A stretch of 64,000 nucleotides of DNA from Takakia lepidozioides. Its lineage: Eukaryota; Plantae; Bryophyta. Position numbers and translations under genes: made by a program. Below are positions 51,034-62,223 of this stretch, piece after piece. The notes under the pieces are model-generated. The model had not been told where the DNA came from and did no database searches. It worked only from the letters and a program-made list of their open reading frames with translations. Numbering within the stretch: position 1 is the stretch's first letter; every line of letters begins with the position of its first letter. Where the stretch lies: the NCBI GenBank assembly GCA_030704615.1, contig CM060733.1, forward strand, positions 15,624,001-15,688,000, in the 5' to 3' direction.

Positions 51034-54000
51034 TAAGCCCAAGTGCAATATTCTATTCATGTATCAAGTGTTCGGTGTCATCTAAACCAAATGCAATCTC
51101 CCATGTATCCAAGTACGTCTCCCATGTCAAGACCCAATTTATTTTTTTCCATGAATTTATTGAGTAGTAATATATCCAATCATTATTGATATATCTCCCG
51201 TCCAATGTCATCTGAGTCCAAATGCATTTTTTTTCCCACAGAGCCTACGACCAGATTTGAACCGGCGATCTTTTGCTTTATATCTCTCCTGTGTATTGAT
51301 AAGCAAGGTCTTAAAAACATAAATATGTATAATAATAAAACTATGGACTCTTGCCGAATCAAGCATAACTTATGGTGTTACTTGAAACCGAACGGCTACT
51401 GTCTGAGAAGGTGGGCACGTTTATGACATCGAGCACACTTGTGTGTTTTTGAATCCACCACCACTATGAAAGGGTATTATGCCCAAACTATTTGGGCTGT
51501 CTATTGGATGTCTTAAAGTCTCTATTTTTGGGTTCGTAGGTTAAACTACCATAAGAAGACAAACACAAGTGGTTAGGGTGTGATTCTCTTCATGCTACTA
51601 TCATTGCTTATGTAGGCAACATCAAATGAGTAGAAACTTCAAACAACATATTGGTCTCTACTAACACTTAGGATGTACATAATCATATGAAATTGGTTAG
51701 CAAAAGATTTAGATTTAGACCAATCTCACAATCATCACTTCCATGGAGATGGATCAAATCAAGAGATATTTCTTGCAAAACTAGGACCTTGCAACTTGGT
51801 CCATTCGACCTCCGAGTGGTTGCTACAACACTAACGTCAAAATCTGTTGTTCTTTCTATTCTCTACTAAATCTTCCTCCTTGCACTCTTCCATTGTTGCA
51901 TGATATGTATTGTTCTCTAAAATCGTGGGGATTAAGACAAAAATCGTGTTTTAAAATAACAGCTCCAAACCACTCAGATAATTTGATTTTGTATTCCTTG
52001 GCATTGATTTTATTGTTGACCTTGAGGTTTGACAAGGGCTTTGCCAAATAATGTAGCACCAATGGGAGGATTGCCTATGCTTACTCATATGTGAGTTTCT
52101 ATTGATTTCATTGGGCACACACCTCACTTCCTCCACCATTTTTGTGTGAAAATTCACAAATCTTTTTCTTATGAGACGTCCCACCAAGCTTTTAGTACCA
52201 TATGAGTAAATTGTGGTTTTCATAGGCTATAGACTCGGTTTGAAATATGGCTTTCCCAACTTCAAGCTCCATGTTTTAGAGGACCTCAGACCCAGGCACT
52301 TCTTCAACAAATTTTGTCCTGGTATTATTTGTCAACTTGCGAGTTCTTCGACAAGGAATTATTATTGCAGGTGACTGTACATGACATGATGGGAGAACTA
52401 AAAAGTTGATCAGTGTGCAATTTTGAGAGAGTATCATGAAATATACGACAATCCAATTTCATATTGTAGTATCCTTTAAACGAATTCAATACAAATAGTA
52501 TATTTAAAAATAATAATTCATACAGGTAACTAGTATGAGTCAAAACACTTTTTTTCTTTTTTCCAAAACACTTCTTGTAATGCTCAATATTTGAGTTGCT
52601 ATTATGGTTGAAAAATGAAGACATTTTTCAATGTATTTGATTGATTGTCAACTCTCTAGGTGGCACCTTGTTTATGTAATATGTTTTAATCTGTTTTTAT
52701 GTCATGCACAAACATCAAACTAAGTATGATTGAATATGGAGGAATGGTTTCATATATACGATAAATAGTATGCTTAAAAGTACACATTGTAAACTACTTT
52801 GATACTTTTTGTTTGGTGACTAACTGTAATTATTAGCATTTCACGTTTATTGGATCAGATGACTTGACCAAAGATGAGTCAAAGATATCAATGCCATTCG
52901 ATTGTTGGAACATATACTATTGGACTGAGCAAATTGATATTCATCAAATAGAAAGTTCAACAAAATAAGAAAAGTGGACTCGGTGTGAAGAAGGTTTGGG
53001 ACACATTAAGAGTACATAAAACCTATCATAAAAAAGGAGAAACAAAATTACAAGGAGAAACAAGATGCGTAGGCATCAACCCCATATACTGAAGGCAGAC
53101 TCGGACGAATGGGACCAAGAGGAGCTATGGACCCTCTTGCAAAAAGAAAAGAATATAAGCAAGGAAGAGTCCCCACCTCTAAAGGTAGAACTTATGATGG
53201 GTTTCTTGCATAAGCTGAAGAAATTGCTATGGAGTTGTTGTCACTACATCCTCAACCTACAAGTATCAGGTACCGCTGATATCTTGCACTGTCCTCAAAG
53301 TATCCCCATTTCTACGCTATACATTGTCCAAGTATAAAATTCTGGGTTACGTAACCCAGAATTTTAGAGTTAAAAAAGCTGTGAAGACTCTTCAAGTGAA
53401 GTATCAAAGATGAAATGGGCCATGATAATTTTATCATATACGAAGGTTTCGATCAATAGCTAACTAACTCAAAAACTGTGTGTTTTGATGACTACCCAAA
53501 TGGCAATATCGGTGTTAGTGAGCGTGGCGGTGAGCCTCATATGCATGCTCTTTATGATACGCTTCACAATACTTGAAGGTCCCTCCGTTGATCTCACAAA
53601 GGTATTACCATCAATGGCTACACATACATAATGTAGATTTAAATTTTGTCTAACTAATTAATATCACTTGATTTCAATATTTTGCAGTGCATCTTTCTGT
53701 CAGAGTTACTGAAAACCATTTAAAGTAATTGTTAAAGTAAAGCAATTTTTATTTTATTTACACTGATCTGGAGTCACTTTCAAACAAATAGTTGTTCCCA
53801 AACAACATTACAATAATTATTTTTAATAACTCGTTTAAAACATTTTTTCTTACAGAGGGGATGATAGTGGCCCTTGAAAATTGAAACCTCAAGGGGCCAT
53901 GAAGCTTGTTTTTGATGTCAAGAAAAAGGGAACAGAGCCCTGTAAATCAGATTAAGCAAGGAAAATATAACCTTGCCGGCGCTATAATAACTATTGAGAC

Positions 54001-54468
54001 AAAAAAAGAAAGAAATGTAGGTATCAGTCTCTCTCTGGATCCATCTGCATGCCTCCTTTTTCTCCTTCAAGGTTCTTTGGGGTTTTCTCCCCTTGGGTTG
54101 CTACTTGAATGTGCCCCTTTGTATGCCTTCACCGCCTTTGTGAGGTTATATTTTCCTGGCCTAATCAATTTGATCAGTCATAGGCCCTGTCTTCAATCAA
54201 GTTTCTCAAAAAACAAACCAGGTAAAAAAAAGAAAAAAGAAATATGGTATCAGTCTCTCTCTGGGTGCATCTGCATGCCTCCTTTTTCTCCTTCAAGGTT
54301 CTTTGGGCCCCTTGGGTTGCTACTTGGATGTGCCCCTTTGTGTGCCTTCACCGCCTTTGCGAGGTTATATTTTCCTGGCCTAATCAATTTGATCAGTCTG
54401 CAAAGGCCCTGCCTTCAATTCAAGTTTCTCACAAAACAAACCAGGTAAAGGAAAAAAAAAAAAACAGG
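54001..54468 (+). repeat. Direct tandem duplication (~230 bp x2) covering the predicted first exon of the galactosyltransferase
   Basis: ggtatcagtctctctctgg...aaaacaaaccaggtaaa occurs twice, at ~54020-54226 and ~54246-54449. Confidence 0.92.
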
Positions 54469-57400
54469 TAATGTCTCTTGTTGTAATATAAGAAAGAATG
54501 AGAGTGATTGAGACATAGGCTGGTGTTCAATGGAAGGTGTTTACAAAGGAGCAAATACAGACAATGAACAAGCTGCTGCACAGGGTGGACAAGCAGGAGC
54601 ACATCATCGGGGCCCTCACTGGGACGCTTCACGGCCTCTCCCTGCCTCAGTACCGCGCCTATCTGCTCGCCTTGAATCTCTCCGCACCCTACACGCCCAC
54701 CATGCTGCCCAACATGTGGGATGGCTGGCGAAGAATGCTGGTGGAGAGAGGAGGCTCGCAAGAGATTATCGCACCCTACGTCAATGCTGCATTACTTTCA
54801 TGGTTGGAGCTCATGGAATCTCTGGACAAAAGACCCCCTGGTGCCAATGTGCAAGGAAGGCTGCCAGCTAGAATCTGTCCGGAGCACTTGAGTAACTCAT
54901 TCAATGTGACGGGAAACGAGGTTGAGTTTCGAATCTCTTGCTAGTCTCTATTATACAAGCTGAATTCTTCGTGTATCTAGAGTAGTTACACTGAACATTG
55001 TCAAATTCTAGACTGGGTCAATTCTTCGTGTATCTAGCTCGTATCTAGTAGTACTGAACATTGTCAATTATAGTGAACTGGGTCAATGATCTCGTGACTG
55101 TGGTATCGAGCAGGTGAAAAGAAGCAGCGGAAATCTAACAGAGGATGTGTTTTCTATTCCTTGTGGTGTTTCCCAAGAATCCAGCATCACCATTGTCGGC
55201 ATACCCACCGGGAACTTCTACATCAATCTTATGAAGACTAGATACTCACATGGCATACTGTACCGGTTCGACGTCACGCTCCATGGAAAACGAGCACCGT
55301 TCATACTGCAATCACAACCCGGACGAGAGGGTCCCTCCTTTGAGCGATGCCCGCTCACGGGCGATAAGCCTCCTAATTTACCCGATGGGATGCCTATGCC
55401 ACTCCCGCCCATTAGATACGGTGCGTCATATTTCCCATAAGTCAAGATTGTATTGCTGCAAAACTGGGTGCAGATTGATAGAAGTAGGCTGCTCTAAGCA
55501 AGAGAATGGCGCCTCTTCGGAAGCAAAGTGAAAATGCACTGTGAAGTGTGGGCTGCAAAGAAAGGGGATATATACCTTTTCGCATTGAAACGTATTGATA
55601 ACATTTGTGGTTTGTCGCAGTGGATTCCATGCCCTGTTGTTCTGAAGAAGTTGGAAAGCCCAAAACCATCAAGCCGGGTAACTACCAGCAGCTTGATGCA
55701 GAGGCTGATGTAGTGATCGGTCACTTCCCGGGCTTTGATGTTCTTGATGAGAGTGGTTGGTTTCCTTTTGTTGAAGACCATGCTTTCGTCTTGACTATCT
55801 CTTATGGGTTGCAAGGCTTCCACGTCCACGTTGATGGAAAATACGTTTGCTCCCACTCATATACGACTTGGCAGGTTTGGACCCCACTTCACATGCAAAC
55901 ACACTTCTAATGTGATGTAGTCTGTCTTGCATATGCAGGTTGTTCAAAGGAAGAGTGGTTGGCAACAACATGATCTGATGCTACTTTTGTACATTTTTCA
56001 AAAGCAGACTGTAACAACAGCCTAACCTTCTTGCAGACCACAACTTTGGAGGCCCTAAGCTCTTTGAGAATAGGTGGAGCAGTGCAGACCCTGTCAGTAA
56101 TGGCAAAAGGACTCCCTGTCCCCAAAGTAACAATTCCGCTTCCGGAGCATTTGAAGGCACCCTCTGTGTCCATAAGCAACAAGAGCTTGGAGATGTTGAT
56201 TGGCGTTGCCTCTCTCAGCACCAGTTTCGAAAAAAGAATGGGTGTGCGGCGTTCGTGGGCTCAATATCCAGAAATCCGGGCAGGTCGTGCTGCAGTTCGG
56301 TTTTTCGTTGGCCTGGTATGGATGCCCCTTTGTTATCCTCCTCTGCCTTGAGATGCGATACATTGTACACGCCATTTTCTTCTTGATATCCAGTCCATTG
56401 TATTATGTTTAGTGTCAAACAGTTCACATCAAAATCTCACAGAACCATTTTTTGTATTGTTGAGAACTCTTACAAAGATCCTTGGAATCGGCTATGTCAG
56501 ACAAGCACCAAGAAGACGAACAGACGTATATACAAAGAGGCCAACTTGTTTGGAGATGTGGTCATTGTGCCCATAATGGATGATTCCAACTTCGCTGTTC
56601 TCAAAACTGTCGCAATGTGTCACTTTGCAGTGAGTGACTTCCTCTTTATCAGTTGCAATGTCTTCCTGGCTTAGAATACTGGAGATGTTTCCTGTGCTAT
56701 TCCTAAGAAACTACCAAAACCGAAGTGGAATACCTTCGAGCTTCACCAAGATCTTGGTTGGGAAGGGGACGATGAAGAGGAGAAGCTGGCCCAAAAGTAA
56801 CATAGCAAATTTTTTCAGTAATCTGAGCTCACAAGGTGCCAAACTGCAATTAGATCTTTAATGCACGTGATGTGTGTGGACAGACCCAATACACTAGTGT
56901 ACCATATCTGATGAAGACAGACGATGATACATTTGTGCGTGTCGACGAATTGCTGGATGTAGTACTATCTACAGAGATCCCCCGGGGTCTTTATTATGGA
57001 TCAATCGAGCGAGAGAATCGCTCGGCACATGACAACTTAACACGGTGGTACTCCAGTCCAGAAGTACGTGATCTCCTAGCCTCATCTATGAATCTGTTTG
57101 ATGTTATAGAACATGCAAACACAATTTCCTTTAATGGTCTGGGCATTTGAACTTAGGTCTATGTATATGATATCACAGAGCCCGCTGTTGTCTCTCTCGT
57201 ACCCAACACTTTGGATCGCTCTCTCCTCCCTCTCTTCCCAAAGCTGCAGGATTATTGACCGAAATTTTCTGGCGTGTAGGAGTGGTGGTATTCCAAATAC
57301 CCAATGTTTGCACACGGCCCTGGCTACGTAATTTCAAGGGATATTGCAGAGTTTGCTGCTCAATCTTTTGAGGATAACAGTTTGGAGGTAGAACCATCTT

Positions 57401-60339
57401 CTTAAGCTGTCTGTCACAGGCCCTGTAAAGTGTGTGATATCATTACTTTGCTTCAAGGTCTATAATCAAATAACCCGCTAACTCAAAAGAATAAAGGAGG
57501 TCACCTAGATTATCACAGTAAAGGCAATGTAAGTATAGTTTCAGTCATTTAAGCTGAGGATAGAGACAATGAGAATGTACTCAAGAGACACAATGACACA
57601 GAGAGAGAAATGAAATGAAATGGTGCTTTATAACGTCCGCGGAAAGCTCGTAGAGCTTATGGGACAAAATGGAAGAAAACATGAGAGAGGAACAAATCCA
57701 GAAACCACAATTAATGTTCTAGCGATTGTCTAAGGGTGAAGGCCTCGTGTAGGTAGGCTGCCACGCATTTTTGATCCTCATAGTGAAAGACATCAGTGAG
57801 AGTTTGGGTTCCACTGAATAAACAGTGGAATCTCCCACGGATCTCGTAGTATAGAGGGCAGTAGAAGAAGAAGTGTTCTTCAGTTTCAATTTCCTTGCTG
57901 CGCCCTATGCAAGCTGGACATAGGCGGTCCTCCCGTTGCAGGTTTTCCCATCTGCCAGTCTCTATCCGTAGGTTGTGGGAACCCACCCTGAACCGCCCCA
58001 ATGCCCTCAAGAGGGAAGGAGATAAGGGTGCTGAAAGGTAATTTGGTCTCAAGATTCTATCATCGCGGAGCACCAAGAATGTCTCTTGATAGAAGTGGAG
58101 CTTTGTCGTGAGATTGGGTAGCATCCAAGTTCTCTTGACATGTAATTCCATAAGCTCTCTCCGAATGAGTCTGTTGCGGTCATGTCTGGATGTGATGTCC
58201 ACCTCATCTGGGTTTATTGGTAATAGGAAAGCAGTAGAAAGTCCGTTACGTTGAAATAAACTGTCCACTCGAGCATACCAGGAGAAACCTGCAGCTTTGA
58301 GCCTCATAGATGTTGTGAGGGCCCTTGCCACTAGCCCTTTGGGTGGAAGGGCCTGCAATCTATGGAGAAAGATTGTAAGCCTGAAGAGGGCCTCGGATTG
58401 CAATGGTACACATGCGAACTCTGCACCTAGGATCTGAGATGGAGTTGTGCTCCTGGCGCCAAGCATTGCTTGGAGAAAAGATGACTGTAATGGTTCCAAA
58501 TTCTTTTCCCACCAGGTGCCCAGAACTCACAACCATAGATGGTAGCAGGGCTGACGACGGTGTCAAACAGCCACTTTTTGGTCGGGGGATGCCGCAGATG
58601 TATTTGCTTGCATTTGGCCTGAAGGCAGACGGAGGCCGCCTTACCTTTAGTCAACCTGTCCAAGGCAGTGGCTGCAAAGTGAAACTTGGGGGAGTGGATA
58701 ACCAGACCTAGGTACTGGTATGATTTCACAATCTCAATTTCTTGCTGGTTGAAGATGAATCTACGATCAGCCTGGCCATTGAAGACCATGATCTTGGCCT
58801 TGCTAAGATTGACCTGCATCCCATAGTCTTTGCAGAACTGTTCCAAAATTTTGAGATGGCGTTGCAGAAAGACCGGGGATTGTGCCAAAAGGGCAACATC
58901 ATCAGCATAGAGGAGATCTGATTGGGTTGGTCCCCCATCCAATGGGACCCCAACCCCATGGTTTTTTGATATGTAATTCTCCAAGGCGTCAATGTAGATC
59001 CCGAACAGGGTAGGTGAAAGGGGGCAGCCCTGTTTGACTCCAATGTTGCTGTGGATCTCGGCTGAGAATTCACCAGCGACGTTGACAATGCCAGTGACAA
59101 TCTCATACACTAACAGTTTAGCAAGTAATGAGGACACCATGATAGTACGATAGTTTGTCGGTGCGAGCCTGTCACCGCTCTTAAAAAGTGGGTGGATGAT
59201 GCTCTTTGTCCACTCTGTTGGAAAGCCCCGTTGCACCACCTCATTGAAGAGGTTAGCTATAAAAGGGGCTAAAGTAGGTGCAGCATGCTTGATGAATTCA
59301 CTCTGAAGTCCTGAAATGTCCACCGCTCTGCCATTTTGCAGCTTCTTGATTGCCTTACTGACATTGGCTGTAGTAAAGAGAGAGAAGTGAAGGGGTTTAG
59401 AGGTTATAGGAGAAGGAGTTTGGGTTGGGGAATGGTACAAAGACTGTGCATACTCATGCCAGACATGAATGTCAGTGATTGGGGGGGGATCTCTATGAGG
59501 TTTAAGGAGGGACCAAAAAGTTTAGGGTTTAGGGTTTAGGAAGGCGCTCATCTCCGTGGTCATATGTGCAGCTTTTCAGGCTAGAGAATGTGGCCATGGG
59601 CTTGTGGATTGATCTCTACAAACGCCAGTTCCTACAACGTATTGCCTACATGAATGATGTCGATTTTGTCAATCCCTACAAGCGAAAGTTTGCACGCCGT
59701 ATTGCGTATGTGAATGGCGTCGAAGTCAAGGATGAAGACGACGAGGATGACACCGACTCTGTGCCTGATGGCTGCAAGCCGGGATACATTGTCGCCCAGA
59801 ATCAGAATTTGAAGCAAATGCTTTGCTTATGGAAAGTTTTGCAGAGAGGGGAGGGCCCTATGTGTTGTGATGAACTTAAGACCATCTTGGAAGAAAATAA
59901 AGAAAAGAAGAAAGAAACTCCCATCGCGGACGACAAAAAAGAAGGCAAGAAAGAAACTCTCACAGTGGAAGATGAGAAACAAAGCACGAAAGTAGAAACA
60001 CCCATCACGCAGGAGAGAAAAGACAGTAAGAAAGTAACTTCCATCGCGGGAGAGAAAATAGAAAGCAAGAAAGAAACACCCAACACGCAGGAGAGAAAAG
60101 ACAGTAAGAAGGAAACTCCCATCGTGGAAGGGAACATAGAAAGCAAGAAAGAAACTCCTATCGCAGAGGAGGAAAAAGAAAGCAAGAAGGAAACTCCCAT
60201 GACCGAGGAGAAAACAAAAAGAATCAAAGGAAATCCCATCGCGGAGGAGAAGAAAGACATCAGGAAGGAAACTCCCAATACGGAAGAGAGAAAAGAAAGC
60301 AAGAAAGAAACTCCTACCGCTAGAAGAAAGCGCCGTTAA
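54244..60339 (+). CDS. Galectin + GT31 beta-1,3-galactosyltransferase (GALT1-like), divergent; exons 54244-54444, 54519-54920, 55114-55420, 55621-55874, 56037-56315, 56501-56629, 56884-57063, 57280-57387, 59572-60339
   Basis: IPCGVSQESSITIVGIP, FPFVEDHAFVLTI..GLQGFHVHVDGK, FEKRMGVRRSWAQY, VRFFVG, YLMKTDDDTFVRVD, YPMFAHGPGYVISRDIA, MLCLW...CC; all junctions are phase-compatible. Exon 1 is inferred. Confidence 0.88.
57450..59520 (-). mobile_element. 5'-truncated RTE-X-like LINE (family B) in the last galactosyltransferase intron; internal RT deletion and one frameshift; left boundary approximate
   Basis: NYRTIMV, GVKQGCPLSPTLFG, LLYADD, YQYLGL, and C-terminal RFRVGSHNLRIETGRW...RLCPAC...ETEEHFFFYCPLY; the DxxKAFD region is missing after LLAKLL. 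Confidence 0.92.
59521..59540 (+). repeat. Short interstitial plant telomeric repeat, (TTTAGGG)2 TTTAGG
   Basis: tttagggtttagggtttagg at the 5' junction of the LINE. Confidence 0.9.
59908..60336 (+). repeat. Coding tandem repeat, ~39 bp / 13 aa x ~11 (KKETP...)
   Basis: aagaaagaaactcccatcgcg-like units encoding KKETPIAEEEKES variants. Confidence 0.9.
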
Positions 60340-62223
60340 GGGAGAAGAGAACGTCGGGGTCATACACCTAGTTCAACTTTAAAGCCGCACGCTTCTTGCC
60401 AGAGACAAATTCTTTCCTTGAAGAACCCAGGTAAGAGAAGTGAGGATCTGGCCGTTACGCAAAACTCTTGCGCCATTTCAGAAGATGGCACGACCTTAAA
60501 AGGTTTGATAGCATCCCCGTGCTAGGCTTGTTTTTGGGACTGAGTGGCGGGGTCTGTGCATGACCCATGGCGGAAGAAGAAGGATGTGAAAAGTATTCTG
60601 AAACCTGTACCTGCAGGCCCTCGTGTGCACACGGAGGCTTGTCATGTCAACCCAGAGACTAAGGCAAGTCAGTCGTTGAATTCTTTGTCGGTGTTCACTT
60701 ATCTGTCTGTGCATGGAGGTGGGGCCGAGCGTTCCAAGGACAATTTGACTTATTCAAGGTACGACCTACGACTGAAGAGAGATCTCTCTATAGATTGCAA
60801 GAGATGTTCGCTGGTTACAAATTGAAAGTGCCGTAATATCATCTGTGTGTCTCATAACTTATAACCGGAAGCGAATTCTGATTTCAGGGTTGTAGAAGAG
60901 TCGGTTTTGGTTTTGGTTTTGAACTCACTGATCAGTGAGTCTGTTACAACAGCTGTATCACTTTAAAATATTTGATCAGCTCATTGCTTAGTGACACTGG
61001 TAGTACAGTTAGATCAAGGTTGCACTCATATTTTCAATAGCTGCACCCTGAGTAGCCTCGAAGATTTTACTTAGAGTGGCATCAGGCTTCTAATGATGCC
61101 GGCTTGAGAAGCCAGCTTGGCTTGTGGTGTAGAGTTTTGTTTGGTTTCTTACTTCTCTTGACACTGTTCCTGCCACAGCTCAAAAGTATCACACCTTTTT
61201 TGGATAAGGGTTACAGAATGATGAATGCCGCCTCTATTTCGTAGTGTGCCCCACAAAATGGTTGTCACATATGTGGCCCAAAATCAGACAATTAGCAAAA
61301 TGAGCCTCAGCTCTAGCTTCCTAAGCACCCCACCTGAGATTGTGAGAGAGCCATTGTTCTTCGAGGAGAGCGTTGGCATGAACAGGTTTTGTGGGCTCGG
61401 ATTACATCTCTAGTTGCATTTATCCTTGACAACTGGCTCAAGAAGTTTTTCCTTCATTTCTATGATGCTTGTGACATAAGCTTCTAAAGGAGGCTCGGCA
61501 AAACCTCCTTGATTAAATTGGAGTAACTTGCTGTAGCACAGGGTCATAGAGAATTCGAATCTTAATATGGTTGAACACACCCTAAATTACAGCCACACTC
61601 AGCCTGGCTTGGAAGGTGGCCTTGCCCACCACAAATCCTTCTGCAGGAAGCATAACGCCACATGTCTGTAATGGTTTTTGTGCCTGAGTTGAGATGGAGC
61701 TAAGAGTTTAGGGAAGTCTTCCTGAAACTTCACTAGTCGAGACAAAGTCATAGGCCATTCAAACCATATTGTAGGCTACAATTCTTTCATCCATTGGGGA
61801 GGAATTGCGATTAGACCTCCTGCCTAACATCCTGCCAGACTGCCTCACATGCCTCTTATCCTTCAATGGCTGGAGCGGAGACAACTGTTTCCTGGCAGCG
61901 ACTGGTGACTATCAGAGAACGGTGGATTGAACGAATTCCCACAAGCCAACAGGAGAGTTTGACAGGTAGAATCATAGCCTGTGAGGGATAAAGAGGAGGT
62001 TCACACATGCAGTGCTCATGCATATCAAGCATACCAAGAAAGAACTGCATGACAAAGCATCTAATAAAAGAGAGGAGGGGGACTGACACAGGAGAAGTGG
62101 AATCTGTCTCTTTGAAGAACACTCTGTGAGCGGCGTGAGGACACTGTAAAGCAAAAGAAAAAGCTCACAAGGTCAAACTGGTCTGCTTGTCCGAAATCAA
62201 AGTATGAGAGCTAGTGATTACCG

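Larger units (their letters stand above)
47572..51225 (+). repeat. Complex minisatellite (CCAAGTG-based 22-36 bp subunits in ~110-bp higher-order units), interrupted by a MULE at 48682-51033
   Basis: tgaagaattgaaatctaagaccaagtg recurs at 47882, 48381, 48491 and 48601; the same subunits resume in the same orientation at 51034. Confidence 0.9.

Noticed and set aside
51240-51290. tRNA-like T arm (GGTTCAAATC) on the minus strand
   Set aside because: No 5' half or A box, so neither a tRNA nor a SINE can be supported.
47206-53889. 15-bp inverted match (47206-47220 and 53875-53889) as ends of an outer element
   Set aside because: An AT-rich 15-mer match is expected by chance in 64 kb, and there is no TSD or extension.
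59802-60363. Hydrophobic Phe/Leu/Ser-rich minus-strand ORFs
   Set aside because: Antisense shadows of the Lys/Glu repeat exon.
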